NCBI GenBank assembly: GCA_965240325.2
Contig: OZ251236.1
Location: 1,860,001-1,924,000, forward strand
Direction of reading: 5' to 3'
DNA: 64,000 bases
Source of the DNA: Rebecca billardiae RCC1528
Taxonomy: Eukaryota; Protista; Haptophyta
The notes beneath the pieces are model-generated. The model had not been told where the DNA came from. It saw only the letters and a program-made list of their open reading frames with translations, and searched no databases. The first letter of the stretch is position 1. Every line of letters starts with the position of its first letter. The translations under genes and the position numbers were made by a program. Below, piece by piece: positions 1 through 10,696 of the stretch.

Positions 1-390
1 CGCCGCCGCCGCCGCCGTCGGCGCCGTCGTCGGCGTCGTCGGCGTCGTCGGCGAGCCCGTCGGCGGCGGCGGCGTCGGCGTCAGCGGCGGCGCGCAGCAT
101 CGGCAGCGAGAAGTACACCTCCTCCAGCGCGAGCGCGAGCAGCGCAGCCAGCGGCAGCGGCAGCGGCGGCGGCAGCGGCTCGAGCGGCGGCGGCAGCGGC
201 GCGGCGGGGCGCGCGGCCGCGCCGCGCTCCGCGCCCGCGGCGGCCGCGCCCGCGGCCTGCAGGGACAGGCGCGCGCGCGCCTCGCACGCGGCGCAGAACG
301 CGTCGGCGACGAGCTCGAACGCGCCGCCCAGCTCGGCGCCGCCCGCCGCCGCCGCACCGACCGCGCCGCCCGCCGCCACAGCGCCGCTGA

Positions 391-425
<35 letters not shown>

Positions 426-2142
426 GCGGCGGCGCCGCCGCCGCCGGGCGCGCACGCGGCCGCGGCCTCGCCGAGCAGCGCGTCGACGGCGTCGAGCGAG
501 ACGGCGCCGGCGTGCGCGGCGTGCGCGCCGCCCACGTGCACGTACCGCCTCGCGCCCACCTCGCGCAGCGCGCCGCCCAGCCGCGCCAGCTGGCGTGTGC
601 GCGCCAGCTCTGTGAGCGAGGCGGCCAGCGCGCGCTCCGAGAGGGGAGCTAGCCAGAACCCTCGCAAGGGGGGCGGCGGCGCGGGGGCGTGCGCGGGGGC
701 GGAGGGCGGGGCGAGCGCGCGCAGCGCCTGGCTGGCGAGCGCCTGCGCCGCCGCGTCGCGCCCCTCGCACCGCGCCAGCGCCTGCAGCGCCGCGAGGCGG
801 CGCGCGCGCCACGCGGCGGCGCGCTCGCGCGGCGCGGCGGCGGCGCAGCCACCGGCCAAGGCGAGCGTGGCGCGCGCGAGCGCGCTCGCCGAGAGCAGCG
901 CGCGCGCGTGCGCGGGGCCGAGCGGCGCGCTCGTGCCCGGGCCGCTGCCCGCGTGCTCCGACGCCGCGCCGTCGCCAAGGTTGCCGCCGACGCCGCCGAC
1001 GCCGCCGTCGTCGGCGCCGCCGCCGGCCGCGCGGCCGCGGCCGCGGCCGCGGCCGCGGCCGCGGCCGCCGCGCCCGCGGCCGCGGCCGCGCGCCGCCGCC
1101 GCCTCCGCGCTCGCGGCGGCCGGCGGCGGCACGGCGCCGCCGAGCCGCCCGCCCTCGGCCGCGCCGTCCGCGCCGCCGCCGCCCGCGCCCGCCCCGCCGG
1201 GCCCGAGCCGTGCGCCCGCGGCCGCGCTCGGGCGGTGCGCGTGCTGTGCCCGCTGTGCGCCGTGCGTGTGTGCGCGCGCCTGCAGACGCTCCGCCAGCAG
1301 CTCGGCGACTGCGAGGAGGAGGGCGGGGGCGGCGGGGCCGAGGGCGGCGTCGGCGGTGCGCGCGAGGCTGGCGGGGTGCCAGCACGCGGGCAGCGCGGCA
1401 GCCGCGCCGCCGCCGCCGCCCGTGTCGGCGCCGCCCTCGGCGGCGGCGCCGCGCGCGCCGCCCGCCGCCGCCGCGTCGGCGGCCGCGCCCGCGCCGCCGC
1501 CGCCGCCGCCGCCGCCGCCGTCCGCGCCGCCGTCGCGGCCACCGCCCTCGCGGCTGACGAGGTCGTCGAAGAGCTCGAGGACGGCGTCGCCCAGCTGCGC
1601 CGCGGCGCGCGCGCTCCCGCCGTCGAGCCCGCCCTCCTCGCCGCCGCGCGCCTCGGGCCAGCCGTCCGCCATCGTGCGCAGCGCAGCCCAGCACAGCGCG
1701 CGCAGCGGCAGCGGCGCACGCGCCGCCAGCGCGTCCAGAGAGGCGCACAACGCGGCGGGCGCGGCGGGCGGCTCGGGGGTCGGCGCGGTCGGGGCGCCGC
1801 GCCCGCGGGCCGCGCGGCCGCCCGGCGAGCCGCCGCCGCGCGCGCCGCGCCCGCCGCCGCGCTCGGCGCGCGGCGGCGGCGGCGGCGCGGCGGGCGGCGG
1901 CGCGGCCGCGGCGGCGCGCGCGCACGCGCGCCCGAGCGCGCGCGCGACGCGCGCCACCGCCGCCTCGCCCCACCCGTCGGCGGTGCGCGCGGACGTGCGC
2001 TTCGCGGCGGCGGCGGCGGCGGAGGCGGCCGCGCTCACGCCCGAGGCGCTCCGGCGCGCGCGCTGCGCCGCCGCCGGCAGCGCGTCCGCGTCGGCGGCCG
2101 CGTCCGCGTCCGCGCGCGCCGCCGGGCCGTGCGCCGCCACCG

Positions 2143-2179
<37 letters not shown>

Positions 2180-3484
2180 GCGCTCCGCCGCCGCGCCGCC
2201 GCCGCGCGAGCGGCGCTCGCGATCCGCGCCGAGGGGCGGCGCGGCGGGCGCGTGCGCCGCGCGCGCGCGCGCGCTCGGCGGCATGCGCACGCGCGCGAGC
2301 GTCTCCAGCCCGAGCGCGTGCGGCGCGAGGCCGGAGGCGCGAGTGCGGCCGCTCCGCTCGAGCGCGCGCGCCGCGCCGTGCAGCGCGCGCAGCAGCGCGG
2401 TGCACAGCTCGCGCCACGCGCACATGGCGGCCTCGGCGGCGGAGGCGGCGGGCGCGCTCGTGCCGCGAAGCTCAAGCACGAGCGCGGGCTGCGCCGCCGC
2501 CGCCGGCCTCGCGCCGTGCTCCGCCCCGCCGCCCGCCGGCGGCGCGTCGGCGTCGGCGTCGGCGTCGGCGGCCTCGGCGCGCGGCGCGTGCGGCGCGTGC
2601 ACGGCGTCGGCCGCGCGCGCAAAGCGCGCGGTCCACAGCGCGCGCGCGGCGGGCATGGTGACGGGGGCGCCAGCGTCGTCCGGCGCGCGCTCGCTCTCGC
2701 TCCCGTCCACCTCCATCGGCGCCGCCGCCGCCGCGCCGCCCGGCGGCCGCGCGCCGGCGCGCGCCGCGCCCGGCGCGCCGCGCGCCGCGCGCGCGCCGCG
2801 CGCGGCCGCCGCGCGCGCGCGCCGCGCGCGAGCGCCGCGCGGCGGTGCGGCCGCGGGCCAGAGCGCGCCTGGCGCGATGGCCGCGTGCAGCCGCGCGTGC
2901 GCCGCGCGCGCGCCGAGCCGCGCCTCGCCGTGCACCGCGTCGCCGATCGCGGCCAGCAGCGTGTCCAGCGCGCGCAGCGCGCGCTCGTGCCTCGGGCTCG
3001 CGCGCAGCGTGCGCTCAAAGGCGCGGCGCGCGCGCAGCCACGCGTGCTCGCGCGCGGCGAGCACGCCCACCGAGTACCACACCTCCGGGTCCGAGTCGTC
3101 GAGCGCAAGCGCCTCGGTGCGCGCCTCGAGCGCGTCCTCGTCCTCGAGCGGCCACGCGGCGAGCGCGCCGTACCGCAGGCGGCGCGCGCGCGAGGTGGGC
3201 GGGTCCTCGCGCGTGACGTCGGCGATGAGCGGCAGGCGGAGCAGCTCGTCCAGCGCCGCGACCGCCTCGCCGCGCGCGCGCTCCGACGGCTCGCGCAGCA
3301 GGCTGAGCGCGCGCGCGTACAGCGCGCGCGCCTCCGCCTCCTGCGCCTCGATGCTCGGCGCGGCCCTGGACGGCGGACGGCCGCGCGCGCGCTTGAACGG
3401 GCGGGCGGCGCGGGGATCGGCCCCGCCCGACGCCTCGCCCGCGCCGCGCAGCACCGCCATCGTCGCCGGCGCGAGCTCGTCCAT
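1..3484 (-). CDS. CABIN1/HIR3-like TPR protein (HIRA histone chaperone complex), 3' end outside window
   Basis: Not in the ORF track because it runs off the left edge. Manual translation from ATG 3484: MDELAPAT...SIEAQEAEARALYARALSL...ALDELLRLPL...RLRYGAL...EALALDDSDPEVWYSVGVLAAREHAWLRARRAFERTLRASPRH. This parallels the recalled CABIN1 N-terminus (EAQEAEAFALYHKAL...EAVMLDSTDVNLWYKIG...ARHAFEEGLRCNPDH). Confidence 0.72.
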
Positions 3485-3891
3485 GCTCTCGCTCGCGAGC
3501 GTCGCCGTCGTCGGGGGTGGCCACCGCCGCGGCGCGCGGCCGAGATGACGGTTGGACCGCGGCGTTTATTAGTCGCACCCCACGAATTCCAATTCAAATG
3601 CCCCGGCCGGGCCAAGGAACTCTCCCAGCTCGGCGCGCGGCAGCGCCCGCTCGCGCGCCCGCTCACATCAAAGCTCGCTCGCTCGACACGTCACACTGCG
3701 GCACGAGCCGCGCCTCGAAGGGTGCGCCTCCATCGTCATCAAGCGCCCGATGCCCGGCTGGCGGGTGCTGCCGCGCCCGAGCTCGCGGCTCGTGGCGTCG
3801 ACGCTGCTCTGGCCGGCGAAGGGCGACGTCGTGATCGGCCGCCTCGTGCGCAGCGTGCGCCAGCGCGGCGGGCACAAGCTCGAGCGCCACT

Positions 3892-4691
3892 ATGACTGGG
3901 GCTCCCGGCTCACGCTCAGGCTGCGCGAGCACGCCGGGCACGCGCCCAAGCGGGGCGAGTAGCGGCGGCGGCGCGGCCGAGCCCGGGCGGGGCGAGGCGC
4001 CGGGCTCGGCGGACGTGCACGCGCTCCTCGCGCGCGCGCTCGCCCTCGCGCGCCGCGAGCCCGAGCGGCCGCCGAGCGCGGCGCTCGTGGAGGTGTGCGT
4101 GCCAAGCGCGCTCGGCGGCCGCGTGCTCGTGCGCGTCGGGCGCTCGCAGCTCTCGCCGGCGGTGCAGGCGGCGCTGGACCTGCGCCCAGTCGCCGCGGCG
4201 CTCCGCCGCGCCGAGGCCGAGCACGCGCCCGCCGCGGCGCCGGCGCTCGCGGAGGCGCGCGCGCGCGCGGCCGTGGGCATGGCGGCCGCGGGCGTGGGCG
4301 GCGCCGCTGTCGGCAGTTGGGCCGAGGACGAGCCCGCGCCCGCCGCGCCCGCCGGCGCCGAGGGCGAGGCGGCGTGGCCGACGGCGCTCGAGCGCGAGAT
4401 GCTCCTCCGCGCCAAGCTCGGCGCGCTGCTCTCCCACCGCTGGCTGTGCGCGTGCGCACCGTCTGGCTTTGCCGCCGCCAGCCGCGCCGCCGCGCGCTGG
4501 CTCGAGCACGGGCCGTCGCTCGGCGCGCTGCACGCGGCGCTGACGCGCGGCGGGCACGACGAGGCGTGCGGCGCGCGGGGCGTGCGCGCGTACGCGTGCG
4601 TGCTCGCCCTCAGCGCCGCGCTCGACCGCAGCCTCGCCGAGCTGCACCGCGCGTCACAGGAGCAGCAGCAGACGCAGCAGCAGCAGCAGCC

Positions 4692-4727
<36 letters not shown>

Positions 4728-7554
4728 GCAGCAGCAGCAGCAGCAGCAGCAGCAGCCGCAGCGCGCGCGCGCACAGCAGGCGCGTCCGCTCGCCCCGCTG
4801 CTGAGCGAAGTGCTGCTGCGCTCGGAGGGACTCGGCGCGGCGCTGGGCGCGCGCGCGCTGGGCGTGGCGCGCGCGCTGCTGCTGCCGCGCCTGCTCAACC
4901 TGCGCAACCTCGCGTGGCACGGCTACCTCTGTCCTGCGCACTTTGGAGCGGCGCGGCCGCCCAGAGCGGCGCGCCCGCCCCGCCGGACGGCCTGCCGCGC
5001 GGACGCGGACGGGCGGCCGGGCCGGGCGGCGCGCGCCGCCGACGAGCCGCGCTCGGCGCCTCCCGCGCGCGCCGCCGACGGCGCGGAGACGCGCGCCGGC
5101 TGGCTGCTGCCGTACGCGTCGCTGCTGCTCGCGCTGCTGCTCGCCGCGGGCGAGGCGATGGCGGCGCTGCCGGCGCCACCGCGCTCGGCGCGCGGCAGCG
5201 GCGGCAGCGGCGCCGCTGAGCCGGCCGAGCAGGCGCGCGCGCTCGCGGACGTGCGCGCGCTGGACGCGTCGCGCGAGCTGTGGCTGGTGCTCGCGCAGCT
5301 CGAGGGCGGCGCGCCCGCCGCGCCGGCCGTGCCACCGCGCTGGCACGGGTGCGCGCACTCGCGCGCGGAGGCGGAGGCGGGGGCGGAGGCGGAGGCGGAG
5401 GCGGAGGCCGAGGCGGTGCGCGCCGCGCGCGCGCGCTGGCACGGCCGCGCAGACGGCGACGACGCGATGGCGGCGGCCGTGTGCGCCGCGGCGCCGCTCA
5501 CGCCCGCGGGCCAGGCGGGCGCGCTGCTGGCCGCCGGCGCGTGGCTGCGCGCCCCACCGCCCTCCGCCGCCACCGCCGCCGCGGGCGGCGCCGCGTGGGC
5601 GTGCCTGGATGGCAGCGGGCTGCTGGCGGCGGCGCTGCTGCTGCCCGCGGCCGAGTGCGCGCTGCGCTGCGCGTTCGTGCGCGCCAACCCCGCCACCGCG
5701 CGCGCGCTCGCGTGCGCGCAGCCGTGCGCCTACTTCCCGACGCTGGACGGGTGGGGCCAGCGGCACCTGCACCAGCTGCTGCTCGGCACACACCTGCACC
5801 CCGCCGCGTCTGCGGCCGCACCCGCGCGGCCCGAGGCCGAGGCACCAGCCGCCGACACCGACGTGCGCGCGCGTGCGCAGCAGCAGGCGCGCGCGCAGCA
5901 GCAGGCGCGCGAGCGGGGAGGCGCAGAGCGGGGAGGCGCCGCGCCCGCCGCGGCACACGCGGCGGCGTGCGCGCCGCCGCGTGCGCGCAACGAGCTGGCC
6001 GGCCGCCTCTCGCGCGCCGTGCGGCACGGGCTGCTCGACCTGCTCGCGAGGCCGGCCGGGCCAGCGCTGCGCGCGCGCGTCGCCCACGGGGAGCTGAGCG
6101 CGCTGGGCGCGCTGGGGCGCGCGCACGCGCCACGGCTGGCGGAGGGGTGCGGCGCGCGGCCGGAGGGCGGCGGTGCGGAGGCGGGCGCGCCGCCCGCGTG
6201 CGTGCGCGCGCTGTGGCACCTGCTCGCGCTCGCCTGCGCCGACTCGTGCGCGCCGCCGCCCCCCGAGCTCCGGCTGCTGGGCGGCCGCACGCTCGGCCTG
6301 CTGCGCGGCCACGCGCGCGCCTGCCGCGCGTACGCGCCCGTGGGCACCGAGCGCGCGGCGCTGCTGCGCGAGATGGCGGCGGCGCGCGACGCGTGCGTGT
6401 GCGCCGTGTGGGAGGCGCGGCTGTGCGGCGCCGCGCCCGGGGCGCTGCGCGTTGGCTCCGCGCTGCTCGAGCTGCGCCTCCCGCACCTGCCGCCGCGCGG
6501 CGCGGAGGGCGGCGGCGCGGAGGAGGCGGCAGCAGAGGCGGAGCGGCCGCCGGCCTCGGGCGCAGCGCCGCACTCGGCGCGGGGTGATGGCGAGGGGTGG
6601 TGGGCGCTGGCCGCGCGACAGGCGGCGGCGGCGGCGGCGGCGGCGGCGCTCGATGCCGCCACGGCCGCGGCCGCGCAGCTGCCCGCCTCCGCGCCCGCCT
6701 CCGCCGAGCCCACCGCCCCGACGGCCGCGCCGGCCGCGGCGCTGCCGCCGCGCTCGGCGCCCGCCCGCGCGGCCGCGCAGCCGGCCAGCGCGCCGGCCGC
6801 GGCGGGCGCGCCGGCCGGCGCCGAGCCGCCCGCCCTCTGCGCGGGCTCCGCCCTGGTGCGCGTCTCCGCCTCGATCCGCGCGGCGGACGTGAGCGCGGCG
6901 GCCGAGCTGGCGCAGCTGGGCGCGAGGGCGCGCGCGCTGCTGTGGGCGTTGCTGTGCGCGCCGCCCCAGCCCGGCGCGCAGCCCGGCGCGCGCTTGCCCC
7001 CCTCGCCGCCCTCGCACGCGCACTGCGCCGCAGCGCACGACGTGCTCGCGCTGGCAGCCGCGTTTGAGGCCGCCGCACGCCCAGAGCAGCGCGCGGCGCA
7101 CGGCCCGGCGCCTCAGCCCGCGGCCCCCGCCGAGCTGGACGGCGGTGCGTCGGAGGGGTGCGCTGCGACGCGCGTGTGTTTGCGCCTCTGCGCGGCGCTG
7201 CTGGCCACGGAGCGCGCGCGGCTGAGGCGCGCGCACGCGCACGTCGCGAGCCGCGCGGCGACGAGCGCGCAGCGGCGGCAGCTGGTGCTCGCGTGCTGCG
7301 CGAGCGCGCACCTCCGGCTGACGATCGGCGTGGCGGCGGCGGGCGTGGCGCTCGGCGGGAGCGCGGGCGTGTGTGCGCACGTGGCGCTCTGCAGGCTGCA
7401 GGCGCTCGAGTCGGCGCTGCAGGGCGCCAAGGGGGCCGAGGGCGCGCTCACGGCCGCGCGGCTGCTGCTGGACGCGCTGCAGCCGCAGCCGCAGCCCGCA
7501 GCCGGGGCGCCCGCCACCCGCTCGCAGGCATCGGCTGGCGGCGACGCGGTGTGA
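3892..7554 (+). CDS. ERMARD-like (DUF4209) protein with polyQ and Ala-rich insertions; start uncertain
   Basis: Motifs LNLRNLAWHGYL, LLLPAAECALRCAF, YFPTLDG and LLDLLARPAGPALRARVAHGE occur in the same order as ERMARD motifs (LNLRN..WHGF, LL..LE.GLR..F, ...GPRIRD.LSHGE). Confidence 0.7.
4663..4761 (+). repeat. Interrupted (CAG)n encoding polyQ
   Basis: Directly visible CAG run with CCG/ACG interruptions. Confidence 0.95.
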
Positions 7555-8033
7555 GACTGTGAGACGGCTGGGCCCGGCCGCGCCCGATGACTCATGCTGT
7601 CACAGCGGCGGCATCACTGGCGTCGTCACGCGGCCGGGCTCAGCACGGCAGCGATCCGACACGGTCGTATCGTCGTCGTCTGGCCTACAGTTCTGCCGAT
7701 GACAGAGACGAGTAGAAGTAGCTAGCAGTAGTCAGTAGCTGCGACTACTACTACTACTGTTAGCAGTATGCGGGTAGTCGTAGTACTTCGAGCAGATCTC
7801 GCTGACGAAGATCTGTTGCTGCGCTGACGAGATGAGATCGAGCGAGTCGGAAGCGGCCATTGTGCGACTGCTGAGCTTGCGAGCGGCGTACGTTCAGAAC
7901 TGCTTCGCGGGAGCCGCAGCGCTCGCGTCCGGCCGTGCGACCGCCGTGAATCGGACGGTCACGACCGCGAGCAGGCACGCACGCCCTGAGGCGCGCGCAC
8001 TGCAGCGGCGCGGCGCCGGCCCGCGGGCGCGCG

Positions 8034-10271
8034 ATGTGCAGCCCGACGCTGTGGCTCACGCTGCGGCAGCTCCTGCTGCCGGGGGTCAGCCCGAAGCGGC
8101 TGCAGCCGCCACCCCCGTCGCTCCCCGCGCTGCTGCACGACGCGGTCGGGCTGCACTTGCTCGCCGCCCACTGCGCGGCGCGGCGCGCGTGCGACGAGCT
8201 GCTCGCGTGGCTCGAGCTCGAGATGTACCGGCTGAACGCGGCGCAGCTGCTGCAGCGGCACCAGGCGAAGCGCATCGTCGCGGCGTACCTGAGCGAGAGC
8301 GACCCGCGCGCCGCGGAGCGCCTCGGCGTCCCCGAGCCGATCGCGCGCGCCGCTCGCGAGGAGGTGGCGCGCCGGCTGGCCGAGGGCGTGCCGCCGAGCG
8401 CCTCGGCGTTTAGCGCGGTGCAGCGCGCGATCGAGGCGCGGCTGGAGGGCGCGGTGCTGCCCGGCTTCCTCCGCTCCGAGCACTACGCCCGCTTCGTGCG
8501 GCTCGGCGGGCTGGGCGCCGACATCGGCGCGCTACTCGTCCCGTCGCAGCTCGACTTTTTGCGCACGCTCGGCGCGGGCGGTTACGGGGTGGCGGTGCTG
8601 GCGCGGCGGCGGAGCAACCTGCGGCTGGTGGCGGTGAAGGCGGTGGACAAGCGCGCGCTGCTCGACCGCGCCAAGGTGCACACGTGCTTCCGCGAGAAGG
8701 CCGCCCTCGCGCACCTCTGCCACCCGTTCCTGCTGTCGCTCAAGTGGAGTGCGCACACGCGCGAGCACGCGCTCTTTGTGTGCGACTACGAGATGAGCGG
8801 CAGCATGTACGACGACCTGCGCGCGCACGGGGTGTACGGGCTGGAGCGCACGCGGCTGTACGCGGCGCAGCTCGTGCTCGCCATCGCGCACCTGCACGAG
8901 GGCGGCATGCTGCACCGAGACATCAAGGTGCGTACCGCGGAGTGCGCACTGCACCGCGCGGGGAGTGTGTGCAGAGTGTGTGCGCATGTGCAGTGTGTAC
9001 CGCGCGGGTACGGTGCTGTGGGGCCCGCACTGCGCGGGGCGGAGGAGGGCGGCGCTGCTCACGCCCGCCGCCCACGCGCGCCCCCGCCCCTCTCCCCTCC
9101 CCCCCAGCCCGACAACGTGCTGCTCGCCTCGGACGACGGGCGCGCGCGTCTGGCAGACATGGGCGCCGTGCGATCTGTGTACGAGGGAGGCGCCCTGGGC
9201 AACGAGAGGCTGGGCGCGGCGCACAGGCTGCAGACGTTCGACGGGCGGGGCATCCGGGACCCGCAGCGCGAGCGCGGGGCGAAGGCCGCCGCGGCCGCCG
9301 CCGCCGCCCCGCCCGCGGCCGCCTCCCCGAGCAGCGCGGGCGCGCCCTCCTCCTCCGCGCCCCCCTCCGCGCCCCTCGCCGCCGTGGAGCGCACGCGCGC
9401 CCACCGGCTGACGGCTGCCAGTGGCACGCACGGCTACCTCGCCCCCGAGGTCTACTCGCACCAGTACGACGAGGGCGCGGACTGGTGGAACCTCGGGCTG
9501 CTCGTCGTGGAGATGCTCACCGGCACGGTGCGCGGCGCGCAGCGCGCTGCCCACGGACTGCGCCCGCCGCCCGCCGCCCGCCGCCCTGCCAGCCGCCCGC
9601 GCCGAGCGCACGCCCTGCGCGCGCCGCGCCCCGTGTGCCGCGTGTGCCGCGCGCCCCCGAGCCCACGCCCGCCGCAACGTCCGGCCGCGCGCGCCCCTGC
9701 GCGCGCGCGCGCGCGGCTTGGCGTGCAGAACCCCCTGCGCGGCGAGGACCGCGCTCAGAGCGAGCGCCTCGCCAAGACGGGGCCGATCCCCGAGGGGCTG
9801 CCCGGCGGCGACGCGCGCGCGGCCGCGTTCGTGAGCGCGCTGCTGCAGCGCGACCGCAGCAAGCGGCTCGGCTGCACGGCGGGCGGGTACCGCGCTGTGA
9901 TGGCGCACCCGTTCTTCGAGGGCATCGACTGGGACGAGCTGATGGACATGGACAACCAGCCGGGCAAGTACCCCAACTACGCGCGCCCGGCCAAGGACGC
10001 TGCCTTCAAGGCGCTGCGCCGCGAGCCGCCACGGCCGGGCACCAACTCGATCGAGCACTTTGTGGAGCAGGTGGCGCACCTGCGCAGCGCCAAGGCGCGC
10101 CGGCTGGCGAGGCCGATCACGGCACCGGAGCACGCGCAGTTTGACGGCTTCGCGTTCGAGTCGCTCGAGGCGCTGCGCGAGGATCTCCTCCTCGCGCGCG
10201 GCGCGGCGAACAACCGGCCGACCGCGTTCGGGACGCCTGCCTTCGTCAAGTACCGCTTCATGGGCCAATAG
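8034..10271 (+). CDS. RGS-domain AGC kinase, GRK-like; introns 8928-9107 and 9528-9728
   Basis: RGS-like N-terminus (LLHDAVGL...LLAWLELEMY...AKRIVAAYL...VLPGFLRSEHY). Kinase motifs GAGGYG, VAVK, HRDIK|PDNVLL, DMG, GTHGYLAPE, DWWNLG, KRLGC, HPFFEGIDW. Removing two GT..AG introns restores the motifs. Confidence 0.85.
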   Translation: MCSPTLWLTLRQLLLPGVSPKRLQPPPPSLPALLHDAVGLHLLAAHCAARRACDELLAWLELEMYRLNAAQLLQRHQAKRIVAAYLSESDPRAAERLGVPEPIARAAREEVARRLAEGVPPSASAFSAVQRAIEARLEGAVLPGFLRSEHYARFVRLGGLGADIGALLVPSQLDFLRTLGAGGYGVAVLARRRSNLRLVAVKAVDKRALLDRAKVHTCFREKAALAHLCHPFLLSLKWSAHTREHALFVCDYEMSGSMYDDLRAHGVYGLERTRLYAAQLVLAIAHLHEGGMLHRDIKVRTAECALHRAGSVCRVCAHVQCVPRGYGAVGPALRGAEEGGAAHARRPRAPPPLSPPPQPDNVLLASDDGRARLADMGAVRSVYEGGALGNERLGAAHRLQTFDGRGIRDPQRERGAKAAAAAAAAPPAAASPSSAGAPSSSAPPSAPLAAVERTRAHRLTAASGTHGYLAPEVYSHQYDEGADWWNLGLLVVEMLTGTVRGAQRAAHGLRPPPAARRPASRPRRAHALRAPRPVCRVCRAPPSPRPPQRPAARAPARARARLGVQNPLRGEDRAQSERLAKTGPIPEGLPGGDARAAAFVSALLQRDRSKRLGCTAGGYRAVMAHPFFEGIDWDELMDMDNQPGKYPNYARPAKDAAFKALRREPPRPGTNSIEHFVEQVAHLRSAKARRLARPITAPEHAQFDGFAFESLEALREDLLLARGAANNRPTAFGTPAFVKYRFMGQ

Positions 10272-10371
10272 CAGCAGCAGCCGCGGTGGCGGTGGTGGCC
10301 TCAGAGCTTGATATGCGCGCGTGTATTATATATTGACGTTATATATATCGTCATCGACGACATCAGTAGCA

Positions 10372-10526
<155 letters not shown>

Positions 10527-10696
10527 GCGCCAGCAGACTGATGACGCGATGACGATGCAAGGCGCGCGCGACGACATCGGCGTGCTAGCCGGTCCGGTGA
10601 CGACGGTCGCGTTCAGTGAGACTGTGAGTACTCAGTCTGCCGCGCCGTGACGACGGGGCCCGCTGGCGCGCCATCCACGCACGCTGTCGCCACGCG

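Noticed and set aside
81-3895. Long Arg/Ala-rich ORFs of 780-1068 aa
   Set aside because: Shadow frames of GC-rich coding DNA; the real gene is the minus frame from 3484.
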